DNA from: Eubacteriales bacterium
Lineage (GTDB): Bacteria; Bacillota; Clostridia; Oscillospirales; QAKW01
Length of the DNA: 48,012 nt
Direction: 5' to 3'
NCBI GenBank assembly: GCA_045546815.1
Contig: JAZQDN010000133.1
Location: forward strand, 1 to 48,012
The stretch's first letter is position 1. Each line of letters begins with the position of its first letter. The position numbers and the translations under genes were made by a program. Below, one piece after another: positions 25,980 to 35,393 of the stretch. Under the pieces are notes generated by a model. That model ran no database searches and was not told the DNA's origin. It saw only the letters and a list, made by a program, of their open reading frames with translations.

Positions 25980-27443
25980 ATGAGCGACAACTATGAAAAT
26001 ACAACACCTGTCGAAGAAGAAAACGCAGTTGTTAACGAAAATACAGAAGCAGCCGCTCCTGCCGAAGAAGTGACCGAAACAGTGACCGAAGCAGTGGAGT
26101 CGACTGAGGTCGAGCTCGACCTTCAGGATATCGAAGAAGAAACAGTAAACCCCGAGCTTGGTATGACAACCGGTCAGAAGGTAAAGGTTTTACTTATGAA
26201 GCCTATGTGGTCAGCAATCATCAAGTGGGTGTTCTTTTTCCTTGGTATTGTCGGCGCAGTGCTTTACTTCATCGCAGGCAGTTCAAGAGAAACAGGCGAA
26301 GCTTTTTCAAAGGCTTTTGGTGGCGTTTCAGGTGCCATCTCATCATTTTTCAGCCTTATACCCATTTCAATGTTTGAAATTCTCATCTGCGCAGCAGGTG
26401 TGGGAATCCTTGCATACCTTGTATTCATTATCGTAAGAACCATTCAGGTTAAAGGCGGCTTCCACAAGGGCGGACTTTGGGTTCAGTTTGGCTACACACT
26501 TCTTGCAATCGCCGGTGTGTTTGCAATTCTTTGCTCAATGTGCTACGGTGTATTCACTTACCGTGAGCGCCTTTCAAAAACAACCGATTACTCGTCGGCT
26601 AACGTTACCAATATGGAGTTCAGCGAAACAATGCTGTACCTCATTGACGGTCTGAACAACTCTTACTACGAAGGTAAGGACAACATCTTCTTCACAAAGA
26701 AAAATCTTTCAAAATATCAGCAAAAGGGCAGCGCAGTTGAAGCGATAACCGAAAAGGTTGCAGAAGCGTTCGAGGCAGCCGCACAGGATATTGAAACACT
26801 CAAGGGACCCAAGCTCAATACAAAAGAGCTTTTGTTCACACCCCTTTATACAAAGAACCAGATCGCAAGTATCTATTCACCCTTCACAGGTGAGCTTTGC
26901 ATCAACCCCGAATACCCCGAAGTTTTCGTTCCCATGCAGGTTGCTAAAACAATGGCAATGCAGCGTGGCTATACAGACGACGGCGATGCAGAATTTATTG
27001 CATTCCTTGTATGTACACAGTATTCGGATGATTACTACATAAACTACTCAGGTTACTTTAACGCATACCTGCAGTTCAGCTCACAGTACTATCAGAGCAA
27101 CGGTAAAAACTTACATCTCTACATGGCAAACGCACTTCACCATACAATCAAAAAAGAGTATGTTGCAGTTGTAAAAGAACTCGACGAGCTCTACGGTGTA
27201 TCAAGTGATATCGGCTTTGTAGCAGCAGAAGACAGCCTCAGCGGCGCAGAGTACTGCGACATTGCAAAGCTCCTTCTTGTTAAGTTCAGAGATAACGTTG
27301 CAGAGGGTAATCCCAACATCGACGATATCGACGCAGTAAACTACGGTAAATACTGCAACTACCTCACAAACTTCTACAAGATCGATGGCGATTTCCAGGA
27401 TGCAGTTGACGAAACCTACGAAGAATACCACCCCGAATATTAA
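25980..27443 (+). CDS. DUF3810-like membrane protein with acidic N-tail and lost HExxH motif
   Basis: 3-4 TM, PISMFE, YSPFTGE..IN, AEFIAFLVC, YSGY. Confidence 0.7.
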   Translation: MSDNYENTTPVEEENAVVNENTEAAAPAEEVTETVTEAVESTEVELDLQDIEEETVNPELGMTTGQKVKVLLMKPMWSAIIKWVFFFLGIVGAVLYFIAGSSRETGEAFSKAFGGVSGAISSFFSLIPISMFEILICAAGVGILAYLVFIIVRTIQVKGGFHKGGLWVQFGYTLLAIAGVFAILCSMCYGVFTYRERLSKTTDYSSANVTNMEFSETMLYLIDGLNNSYYEGKDNIFFTKKNLSKYQQKGSAVEAITEKVAEAFEAAAQDIETLKGPKLNTKELLFTPLYTKNQIASIYSPFTGELCINPEYPEVFVPMQVAKTMAMQRGYTDDGDAEFIAFLVCTQYSDDYYINYSGYFNAYLQFSSQYYQSNGKNLHLYMANALHHTIKKEYVAVVKELDELYGVSSDIGFVAAEDSLSGAEYCDIAKLLLVKFRDNVAEGNPNIDDIDAVNYGKYCNYLTNFYKIDGDFQDAVDETYEEYHPEY

Positions 27444-27456
27444 ACAATATAAAGAC

Positions 27457-27491
27457 AAAGGGTGAAAGGATTTTTCCTTTCATCCTTTTTT
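27457..27491 (+). terminator. Terminator after the DUF3810-like gene
   Basis: GGGTGAAAGGA-tttt-TCCTTTCATCC followed by T tract. Confidence 0.8.
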
Positions 27492-27512
27492 ATTTAATAA
27501 GGATATAAGATA

Positions 27513-28385
27513 ATGAAAAAGAAAACAATCGTCATTTTATCTTTGGTGGCAATTGTGTCTGCGGTTTTGTGCATCGGCAGCTGTATTAAAAATCCAACAA
27601 CAGAGGTTGTTATAAATCAAACGTCAAAAGAAGCCGGTAAAACCAAAATCCTTAATATAGACCAATTAACGCCCGACCTTTATGAAAAATTTGTTGCGGA
27701 TGAGCGGCTTACCGATAACCACAAACAGATTATAAACTCGGTACAGATTGCAAAAAGCGGCACAGAGCTTACATATAAAGAAACGGCAAATTACAGTGAA
27801 GAAATTAAGCTTGACATTTATGTAGACAGCAACCAAAACGAGTACAAATACAACAGCGACGGCGATATTATAGGCTTTAGTGCCAACGCAATGGCGGTCG
27901 ATACAATTACCGGCACTGTTGATAAAGGTACTCTTACCCTTGACGATGCAAAGGCACTTGCTCCCAAATATGCGCGCGCATTTTTTGGTGACAAGATGAA
28001 CGGCTTTGAAATTTACAGTGCAAAGTACAATGACAGCCTTGGCGTTTACAGCGTTGACTTTACAAAGCTGTTTGGCGAGGGCGGGTTTATAAGAGGTCCT
28101 TACTGCTTTGTTGATATTTTGCCAAACGGCGCGCTTAAAAGCTGTATGCTTTCAAGATATGATATTTACAGCGACTTTGACTTCGATAGGTTAAACGGCA
28201 TTACGCAAAAGACAGTGACCGATTTTGTTGACAGTAAAATCAAAAGCGGAGCTACCTACGAAATCAATTATATATCGCTTGTAAAGGAGCAGAACAGCGA
28301 AGAATTTTACATTGAAATCGGAGTGGCTGTGACAGACGCAGACGGATGGGCAAGCGCAGTTGATTATAAATATGAATTAACTTAA
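27513..28385 (+). CDS. Hypothetical exported protein / possible lipoprotein
   Basis: MKKK + hydrophobic stretch + IGSC (lipobox-like); 290-aa ORF with no recognised catalytic motif. Confidence 0.65.
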   Translation: MKKKTIVILSLVAIVSAVLCIGSCIKNPTTEVVINQTSKEAGKTKILNIDQLTPDLYEKFVADERLTDNHKQIINSVQIAKSGTELTYKETANYSEEIKLDIYVDSNQNEYKYNSDGDIIGFSANAMAVDTITGTVDKGTLTLDDAKALAPKYARAFFGDKMNGFEIYSAKYNDSLGVYSVDFTKLFGEGGFIRGPYCFVDILPNGALKSCMLSRYDIYSDFDFDRLNGITQKTVTDFVDSKIKSGATYEINYISLVKEQNSEEFYIEIGVAVTDADGWASAVDYKYELT

Positions 28386-28417
28386 AAGACTGAAAGGTTA
28401 ATCCTTTCAGTCTTTTA
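28384..28417. terminator. Bidirectional terminator (hypothetical gene / htrA)
   Basis: TAAAAGACTGAAAGG-ttaat-CCTTTCAGTCTTTTA. Confidence 0.85.
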
Positions 28418-28424
28418 AGTTTAT

Positions 28425-29729
28425 CTATTCTGCTGTTGCTTCTGATAAAACAACGCTTATTTCAAGTTTTTTGGTGTTTCTGTAAACCGTGAGTGTAATT
28501 GAATCACCGGGCGATTTTTTGTTCTTCTCGGCGTCAAGCTCCGCCATTGAGCTGATGTCAACTCCGTCTACCGCTACGATGATATCGCCGTGCTTGAGGC
28601 CCTTTTTGTGAGCGTCGCTTTCTGGGTCAACGTATTCAACATAAACGCCTTCAGGGATTGAATAAATCTGTGCATAACTCTTGTCAATATCGCTGCCTGT
28701 TATGCCGATAAACGGTCTGTCCTTGATATATCCGTGCTGTATAAGCTCTTCAATAATGGTTGTAGCGCCTGCCATCGGAATTGCAAAGCCAATGCCTTCA
28801 TAACCGCTTTGAACAATCTTTGATGATGTTATACCGATTACCTGACCGTATGTGTTAACGAGCGGTCCGCCCGAATTTCCGGGGTTTATCGACGCGTCTG
28901 TCTGAATGAGCGTCATATAAAAGCTTTCAATAACGATTTGTCTGTTGAGCGCCGAAACAATGCCCGATGTCACCGTTCCCGCAAGCTCAAGACCGTAAGG
29001 ATTTCCGATTGCGATAACCGTTTCGCCTACCACGAGTGATTCGCTGTCGCCAAACTCTGCAGGCTGAAGTCCCGTCTCGTCGATCTTTATAACCGCGATG
29101 TCTGTGCGCGAGTCAGAACCGATAAGCTCTGCTGCGTACTCTTTTTCGTTTGCGAGCACAACCTTTATTGCGGTCGCGCCGTCAACAACGTGCGCGTTTG
29201 TGGAAATGTATCCGTCTTCACTTAAAATAATTCCCGTGCCCGAGCCCTGCGTTACCGTTGCGTTTCCTGCCGTTGTCACGATGATTCCGACAACCGAGTC
29301 TTTAACCTTTTCATAAACCTTCGGAATGGTGAGTGCATCTGTTGAGGGCGGCTGTGTTTCAAGCGATGGCACGTTTACGTTTTCGTTTTGCTCGTCTTTG
29401 TTTTCTTCTGTATCAACGCTTTGCTCAATTCTGTCCGGTACTTTGTTGTCATCGCCGGTGTGCTGTGCAACAAGCGATGTAAACAGAGCAATAACTGCAA
29501 TCAGCAGTATTACCGACACACCGCCGACCGCGATCAGCGCCCATTCAACGCCCGTCAGCTTTCTGCGCGGTTTTTTGGGCGGCTTGGGTGGCTTCGGAGT
29601 GTTTCCTGTGTAGCCCGTATATCCCGTGTACCCGTCATTTCCGATGTTACCGCCGTTGTAAGGGTTGGGATTTTGCCAGGTGTATTCACTGGTGTTTTGC
29701 TGGCCGAAATTATTTGTGTTTTCGTTCAT
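28425..29729 (-). CDS. htrA: HtrA/DegP-family membrane-anchored serine protease with PDZ domain
   Basis: TNAHVV, DIAV, QTDASINPGNSGGPL, PDZ. Start re-assigned to ATG 29729 (MNEN) behind AGGAG. Confidence 0.94.
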   Translation of the reverse strand: MNENTNNFGQQNTSEYTWQNPNPYNGGNIGNDGYTGYTGYTGNTPKPPKPPKKPRRKLTGVEWALIAVGGVSVILLIAVIALFTSLVAQHTGDDNKVPDRIEQSVDTEENKDEQNENVNVPSLETQPPSTDALTIPKVYEKVKDSVVGIIVTTAGNATVTQGSGTGIILSEDGYISTNAHVVDGATAIKVVLANEKEYAAELIGSDSRTDIAVIKIDETGLQPAEFGDSESLVVGETVIAIGNPYGLELAGTVTSGIVSALNRQIVIESFYMTLIQTDASINPGNSGGPLVNTYGQVIGITSSKIVQSGYEGIGFAIPMAGATTIIEELIQHGYIKDRPFIGITGSDIDKSYAQIYSIPEGVYVEYVDPESDAHKKGLKHGDIIVAVDGVDISSMAELDAEKNKKSPGDSITLTVYRNTKKLEISVVLSEATAE

Positions 29730-29739
29730 AGTATTTCTC

Positions 29740-31164
29740 CTAATCTGTGTATAGCGGAAGGGTGAAAATGAATTTTGCAAATTCGCCCTCTTTTGAAGAG
29801 AGGATTATGTCTTCGCCGTGCTCTTTAATAATATTTTTAACAAGAAACAGACCGATGCCTGTGCCTTTTTTGTTAAGGCCGCGGCTTTTATCTGCCTTGT
29901 AAAATCTTTCAAATATGTGCGCAGCATCGTCTTTAGAAATACCGCAGCCGGTGTTGTATACCGACAGATTGACTTTGCCTTTTACAACGCTTACGGTTAT
30001 CTTTATGCTTCCGTCCTGCGGTGTAAACTTAATTGCATTATCGACAAGATTGAATATAACTCTGTAAATTGCGTCGTAATCACCGACTGCAATAACGGGA
30101 TCGTCGGGGTAAACAAAATCAAGATTAATTTTGCTCTGCTCGATTTTATCCTCAAAGGCGAATAAAACCTTGCCTGCGGCCTCTACAATGTCAAAAGGCT
30201 TTTTAACGTATGACATCTGCCCTGACTGTATCTTTGCAATGTCGAGAAACGCCGCCACCATTCGTGACATTCTGTGCGCTTCCTCTGAAACGATCGCGAG
30301 ATATTTTTCGTGCTGGTCGGGCGGGATCGTGCCGTCGAGCATACCGTCAATAAACCCTGTGATTGTCGTCATCGGTGTGCGTAGCTCGTGAGACACGTCG
30401 GCAACAAAGCCTTTTCTCATATCGTCAAGGCTTTCAATACCGTCCGCCATTGAGTTGAAAGCACGGGCGAGGGGCGCGAACTCGTTTGTTTCCTTTACCT
30501 TAATTCGCTTTGAAAAATCGCCCTTTGCATATGCGTTTGCGGCATAGTACATCTGGTACATCGGCTGCGTCATCTGTCGCGTTGTAAATATAAGCGCAAT
30601 AAATGCAATTATCAGCACCGCAACTCCGCACGTTATATATAATAGGAAGTTTCCTAAAAAAATTGACGTGATATTGAGCTCTGTCGTGGTAACAAACACA
30701 GCCCCGCTGACCTCGTTGTCATCTGACATAACAGGCACTCCCACGGTATATCCCACTGTAGTACCGCGGGTGCCAAAGGAGTGCGAGCGCCTGTATACGT
30801 TACCCGAAAGCACACTTTCTACGACCGAGTGCGGAATAAAGTTGCCGGCCTTATCGCTTTTTTTAGAAAATGTAGAAAACTCAATAGCACAGTGTGAGTC
30901 GAACACGACAATATCGCTGTTCATCGTCTCTTTTATAGTGGATATCGATGACTCAAATATACTGCCTGCAAGGATATTGTAGTTTTTAGGCATAGTAGCG
31001 ACAGTATGTGCAACCTTGTTCGCGGCACGCTCCATGCTCTGACTCTGGTTATTGAAATTGCGCACGCCGATTGCGGCACTCGTGGAAAATCCAAGCAGCG
31101 AAACGGTAAGCGCCACAATAAGCACGCATATGCTGTAATATTTTAAAAATATCCGTTTATGCAT
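29740..31164 (-). CDS. HAMP-domain sensor histidine kinase
   Basis: 2 TM, HAMP, SHELRTP H-box, NLVDNAIKF, FERFYKAD.SR, GTGIGL. Confidence 0.95.
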   Translation of the reverse strand: MHKRIFLKYYSICVLIVALTVSLLGFSTSAAIGVRNFNNQSQSMERAANKVAHTVATMPKNYNILAGSIFESSISTIKETMNSDIVVFDSHCAIEFSTFSKKSDKAGNFIPHSVVESVLSGNVYRRSHSFGTRGTTVGYTVGVPVMSDDNEVSGAVFVTTTELNITSIFLGNFLLYITCGVAVLIIAFIALIFTTRQMTQPMYQMYYAANAYAKGDFSKRIKVKETNEFAPLARAFNSMADGIESLDDMRKGFVADVSHELRTPMTTITGFIDGMLDGTIPPDQHEKYLAIVSEEAHRMSRMVAAFLDIAKIQSGQMSYVKKPFDIVEAAGKVLFAFEDKIEQSKINLDFVYPDDPVIAVGDYDAIYRVIFNLVDNAIKFTPQDGSIKITVSVVKGKVNLSVYNTGCGISKDDAAHIFERFYKADKSRGLNKKGTGIGLFLVKNIIKEHGEDIILSSKEGEFAKFIFTLPLYTD

Positions 31165-31172
31165 AAAATGTT

Positions 31173-31862
31173 TTATCGGGTCTCAAACTTGTAACCCACA
31201 CCCCATACAGTTTTGATTGCCCATTTTTCCGATACGCCTTCCAGCTTTTCGCGGATTCTTTTTATGTGAACATCTACTGTGCGTGAGTCACCGAAGTATT
31301 TGAAGCCCCATATTTCGTCGAGCAGCTGGTCGCGCGTATATACGCGGTTGGGGTTTTTGGCAAGGTGGTACAAAAGCTCAATTTCCTTGGGCGGTGCGTC
31401 CACGTCAACGTCCTTTACACGCAGCTTGTAGTTTGTAAGCGAAACATAAAGGTTTTCGTAAACAACCTCCTGCATATCCTCGGCGGGAGCTACATCGTTG
31501 TCTTTTGAACGACGTATAACGCTTTTTATGCGCGCAATAAGTTCTTTACTCTCAAACGGCTTTGTAACGTAGTCGTCAGCGCCGAGCTCAAGCCCTAAAA
31601 CCTTGTCAAAGGTCTCGCCCTTTGCAGAGAGCATAATAATAGGTGTTTTTGACACCTTGCGAATATCGCGGCATACCTCCCAGCCGTCTTTTTCGGGAAG
31701 CATAATATCAAGTAAAACCAAATCAAAGCTGTCAGCCATAAACTTGCTTATAGCCTGAGTTCCGGTATGTGCACATTCAACCTGATATCCTTCTTTAATA
31801 AGATATAAACTCAAAAGGTCGCAAATGTTTTTCTCGTCATCAACAACAAGTATCTTACTCAT
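31173..31862 (-). CDS. OmpR/PhoB-family response regulator (ResD/SrrA-like recognition helix)
   Basis: VVDDE, LLDIMLP, GADDYVTKPF, GDSRTVDVHIKRIREKL, TVWGVGYKF. Confidence 0.96.
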   Translation of the reverse strand: MSKILVVDDEKNICDLLSLYLIKEGYQVECAHTGTQAISKFMADSFDLVLLDIMLPEKDGWEVCRDIRKVSKTPIIMLSAKGETFDKVLGLELGADDYVTKPFESKELIARIKSVIRRSKDNDVAPAEDMQEVVYENLYVSLTNYKLRVKDVDVDAPPKEIELLYHLAKNPNRVYTRDQLLDEIWGFKYFGDSRTVDVHIKRIREKLEGVSEKWAIKTVWGVGYKFETR

Positions 31863-31895
31863 ACCAATCTCCTTATAATTTTTTATTTCTTCTAT

Positions 31896-31938
31896 ACTAT
31901 ACCAAATATTTCAAGTCAATAGGTTACGAAAATGTGAA
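31896..31938 (-). promoter_or_regulatory. Promoter of the RR-HK-htrA operon with putative autoregulatory tandem box
   Basis: Minus strand TTCACA-N5-GTAACC-N20-TATAGT (preceded by TGG). Confidence 0.6.
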
Positions 31939-31952
31939 CAAAAATAAAGATT

Positions 31953-32579
31953 TTATTTAAAACTGTCAAATCCTCGTGAAATTTCGGCAATTTGTGCGTT
32001 GCCGCCGAGGATGTCCTTTATTTTATATGTAACCGCTTCGTAGTCTGCCTGCTTTACTGTCAGCGTGAGCGTTACCGACTCACCGAAGGCACAGTCCACC
32101 GTGTTATGCGCAAAGCCCTCAATCAGCTTTTGCACTCTGTCGTATCCCGCGTAGGGAAATGTGGCAGAAAAGGTGACTCCCATATCGCGTATCGCGCGCT
32201 CCGCCGCGCAAAGTCCGTCAGCCGCACCCTTTGCGTAGGCACGGACGAGCCCGCCCGCACCCAGCAGTATACCGCCGAAATAACGTGTCACAACAACGCA
32301 TACGTCGTAAATATCCTCTTTTTTTAACACCTCGAGCATCGGCATTCCCGCTGTACCCGACGGCTCACCGTCATCAGAAAACCTCTCGATACGCGGATTA
32401 TACAGTCTGTAGGCAATACAGTTGTGTGTTGCATCCGAGTGCTTTTTACGTATGCTTTCAATAAAATCTATAGCCTCCTGCTCACTTGTCACGTGTGCAA
32501 GATATGTAATGAACCGGCTCTTTTTTTCAATAAACTCGCAGCATGCGTCGTGTGCCGGAACACTGTAATTTGTTTCCAT
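31953..32579 (-). CDS. YigZ/IMPACT family protein
   Basis: EKKSRF, ATHNC, SDDGEPSGTAG, TRYFGGILLGAGGLVRAY. Confidence 0.94.
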   Translation of the reverse strand: METNYSVPAHDACCEFIEKKSRFITYLAHVTSEQEAIDFIESIRKKHSDATHNCIAYRLYNPRIERFSDDGEPSGTAGMPMLEVLKKEDIYDVCVVVTRYFGGILLGAGGLVRAYAKGAADGLCAAERAIRDMGVTFSATFPYAGYDRVQKLIEGFAHNTVDCAFGESVTLTLTVKQADYEAVTYKIKDILGGNAQIAEISRGFDSFK

Positions 32580-32676
32580 AGTTAATCACCATAACTATTT
32601 TATAAAAAAATACAATGTATTTCAAGTGTATATAAATATTTTGAAGAAAATAAGCTAAAAATATTAAAAAAAGTGT

Positions 32677-32705
32677 TTGACATACGTCGAAAAATATTAT
32701 ATAAT
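32677..32705 (+). promoter_or_regulatory. Consensus sigma-A promoter of rpsO
   Basis: TTGACA-N17-TATAAT preceded by an A-rich UP-like tract. Confidence 0.9.
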
Positions 32706-32717
32706 ACTTCACGATGT

Positions 32718-32797
32718 TTAACTATGCTTGGCAAATTGATATCACCAACATTTGCTCAGTATAGCCGGACAAATATTAAGAAAGGTGAATTAGTGCA
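32718..32797 (+). ncRNA. S15 ribosomal protein leader (Firmicutes type)
   Basis: CTATGCT-TG-GCAAAT...TCACCAAC-ATTTGC-TC-AGTATAG nested stem directly 5' of rpsO. Confidence 0.7.
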
Positions 32798-33064
32798 ATG
32801 ATTAAAAAGGAAGTAAAGAACGCAGTTATCGAGCAGAACAGACTTCACGAGACTGACACAGGCTCACCCGAAGTACAGATTGCTATTCTTACTGCAAGAA
32901 TCAACGAGCTTACTGAGCATCTTAAGAAAAACCCCAATGATCATCATTCAAGACGCGGTCTTCTTAAAATGGTTGGTAACAGACGTAACCTTCTGAACTA
33001 TCTTATCAAAACCGATATTACAAGATATCGTGCGATTATCGAAAAACTCAACATCAGAAAGTAA
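32798..33064 (+). CDS. rpsO: 30S ribosomal protein S15
   Basis: [26 protein letters not shown]. Confidence 0.98.
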   Translation: MIKKEVKNAVIEQNRLHETDTGSPEVQIAILTARINELTEHLKKNPNDHHSRRGLLKMVGNRRNLLNYLIKTDITRYRAIIEKLNIRK

Positions 33065-33070
33065 TTGTCA

Positions 33071-33113
33071 GAGCGGGATTTTTGTATGAAAGTCCCGCTT
33101 TAAGTCTTTTTTT
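33071..33113 (+). terminator. Terminator/attenuator between rpsO and pnp
   Basis: GAGCGGGATTTT-N6-AAAGTCCCGCTT followed by T-rich tract. Confidence 0.75.
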
Positions 33114-33214
33114 CGGCGCGCGGTTTAGCAGTAAAATACACCGTGCACTTGCGATGCATTTTAGTGTTAAACAGCGGCCGTAACTATATTAAAAATTCAA
33201 CGGAGGTACAAAAA

Positions 33215-35335
33215 ATGTACGAAAATCACAAAATTTTTGAAACAGAAATTGCCGGCCGCAAGCTCGTAGTTGAAACAGGCAAGTTTGCACAGCTCGCAAA
33301 CGGCTCGGCTCTTGTTCGCTACGGCGAGACGGTTGTTCTCGCTTCTGCCACAGCATCGGCAAAGCCCCGCGACGGTATCGATTTTTTCCCGCTTTCAGTT
33401 GACTTTGAAGAGAGAATGTACGCTGTTGGTCGCATCCCCGGCAGCTTTATGCGTCGTGAGGGCAGACCCAGCGAAAAGGCTATTCTTTCTTCACGTGTTA
33501 TCGACCGTTCTATCCGTCCGCTTTTCCCCAAGGATATGCGTAACGACGTAAACGTAAACATCACTGTTATGGCAGTTGATCAGGACTGCATTCCCGAGAT
33601 CGTTGGTATGATCGGTGCGTCAATCGCCCTTTCAATTTCGGACATCCCCTTTAACGGTCCTATCAGCGGTGTGTCGGTTGGCTACGTTGACGGCGAGTTT
33701 GTTTTCAACCCCACCTTTGCACAGCGTGAGCAGTCGCAGATGGCAGTAACCGTTGCATCAACCGCACAGAAGGTTACAATGATCGAGGCAGGCGCAAAAG
33801 AGATCGAAGACACCACAATGGCTGACGGAATTATGCGCGGTCATGAGGAAAATCAGAAGGTTGTTGAGTTTATCAACTCGATCGTTGCAGAGGTTGGCAA
33901 AGAAAAGTTCACCTTTGAGTCATGCGATGTTGACCATGACCTTTTTGACGCAATCAAGGACTTCGCTGTAGAAGATATCAAATCAGCGCTTGACTGCGGC
34001 GACAAAATCACAAGAGACGCAAATATTGCTGCTGTATATACAAAGGTACACGAAAAGTTCGACGCTGAAAACGAAGAACGCATTGCAATGATTGATGAGT
34101 GCCTCTACAAACTTCAGAAATTTGTTGTTCGTACCTGGCTTTCAGAGGAAGGTAAGCGTGTTGATGGCCGCGGTATCAACGATATCCGCCCGCTTTACGC
34201 AGAGGTTGACCTTCTTCCCAAGGTACACGGTTGCGGTCTTTTTGCCCGCGGCAATACACAGGTTCTTACAATCGCAACACTCGGTATGGTATCAGATGAG
34301 CAGATTCTTGACGGTCTTGATGCCGACGTTGAGTCAAAAAGATATATGCACCACTACAATATGCCCGGCTTTACAACAGGCGAAGCAAAGGCATCGCGTA
34401 GCCCCGGCAGACGTGAGATCGGTCACGGTGCTCTTGCAGAGCGCGCACTCGAGCCCGTAATCCCGTCAGTTGAGGATTTCCCCTATGCTATCCGTCTTGT
34501 ATCGGACGTTTTAACATCAAACGGTTCAACCTCACAGGGTTCAATCTGTGGTTCTACCTTGGCTCTTATGGCTGCAGGTGTTCCGATTAAAGCCCCCGTT
34601 GCAGGTATTTCCTGCGGTCTTATCACCCGCGATGACGGTTCGTTTATGACAATGGTTCACATCCAGGGTATCGAAGACTTCTTCGGCGATATGGACTTCA
34701 AGGTTGCAGGTACCAAAAAAGGTATCACAGCAATCCAGATGGACATCAAGGTAGACGGTCTTACCGAAGCTATCATCCGTGAAGCAATCGAAAAGACACG
34801 TGTTGCACGTTATCACATCATCGACAACGTAATGCTTAAGGCAATCGAAAAGCCGCGCGACGATGTTAAACCGTGGGCACCCAAGGTAATCACCTTCAAG
34901 ATCGACCCCGAAAAAATCCGTGAAGTAATCGGTAGCGGCGGTAAGGTTATCCAGAAGATCGTTGCTGACACCGGTGCAAAAATCGATATTGAGGACGACG
35001 GTTCAGTATTCATTTCATCAGCTGAAAAGGCAGCTTCAGATAAAGCACTCGAGATCATCAAGGGTATTGTTTTTGAGCCCGAGATCGGTGCAATTTACAG
35101 AGCAAAGGTTGTAAAGCTTATGCAGTTTGGTGCATTCGTTGAGTTTGCACCCGGCAAAGAGGGCCTTGTTCATATTTCAAAACTTGATACAAAACGTGTT
35201 GAAAAGGTTGAAGACCTTCTTTCAGAAGGCGACGAAATCTACGTTAAGTTTATGGAAATCGACGAAAAGGGTAGATACAACCTTTCGAGAAAAGATGCGC
35301 TTTTAGATATGCAAAACGGCGCTTCCGTTAACTAA
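33215..35335 (+). CDS. pnp: Polyribonucleotide nucleotidyltransferase (PNPase)
   Basis: DFFPL, RREIGHG, SNGST, GDMDFKVAG, KH (VIGSGG) and S1 domains. Start ATG 33215 behind GGAGG. Confidence 0.97.
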   Translation: MYENHKIFETEIAGRKLVVETGKFAQLANGSALVRYGETVVLASATASAKPRDGIDFFPLSVDFEERMYAVGRIPGSFMRREGRPSEKAILSSRVIDRSIRPLFPKDMRNDVNVNITVMAVDQDCIPEIVGMIGASIALSISDIPFNGPISGVSVGYVDGEFVFNPTFAQREQSQMAVTVASTAQKVTMIEAGAKEIEDTTMADGIMRGHEENQKVVEFINSIVAEVGKEKFTFESCDVDHDLFDAIKDFAVEDIKSALDCGDKITRDANIAAVYTKVHEKFDAENEERIAMIDECLYKLQKFVVRTWLSEEGKRVDGRGINDIRPLYAEVDLLPKVHGCGLFARGNTQVLTIATLGMVSDEQILDGLDADVESKRYMHHYNMPGFTTGEAKASRSPGRREIGHGALAERALEPVIPSVEDFPYAIRLVSDVLTSNGSTSQGSICGSTLALMAAGVPIKAPVAGISCGLITRDDGSFMTMVHIQGIEDFFGDMDFKVAGTKKGITAIQMDIKVDGLTEAIIREAIEKTRVARYHIIDNVMLKAIEKPRDDVKPWAPKVITFKIDPEKIREVIGSGGKVIQKIVADTGAKIDIEDDGSVFISSAEKAASDKALEIIKGIVFEPEIGAIYRAKVVKLMQFGAFVEFAPGKEGLVHISKLDTKRVEKVEDLLSEGDEIYVKFMEIDEKGRYNLSRKDALLDMQNGASVN

Positions 35336-35343
35336 AACAAACT

Positions 35344-35383
35344 AAAGCGAGAGGCGGCACAGTCTCTCGCTTTGCGCTTTTTT
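35344..35383 (+). terminator. Terminator after pnp
   Basis: AAAGCGAGAG-N8-CTCTCGCTTT core stem. Confidence 0.75.
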
Positions 35384-35393
35384 GAGGAGTTTT

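Noticed and set aside
31173-31862. walR/walK assignment
   Set aside because: The kinase lacks the cytoplasmic PAS domain and length of WalK, and there is no walH/I/J; left unnamed.
32527-32712. 61-aa hydrophobic ORF (possible small membrane toxin)
   Set aside because: It is a translation of the AT-rich divergent yigZ/rpsO promoter region, has no SD and overlaps yigZ.
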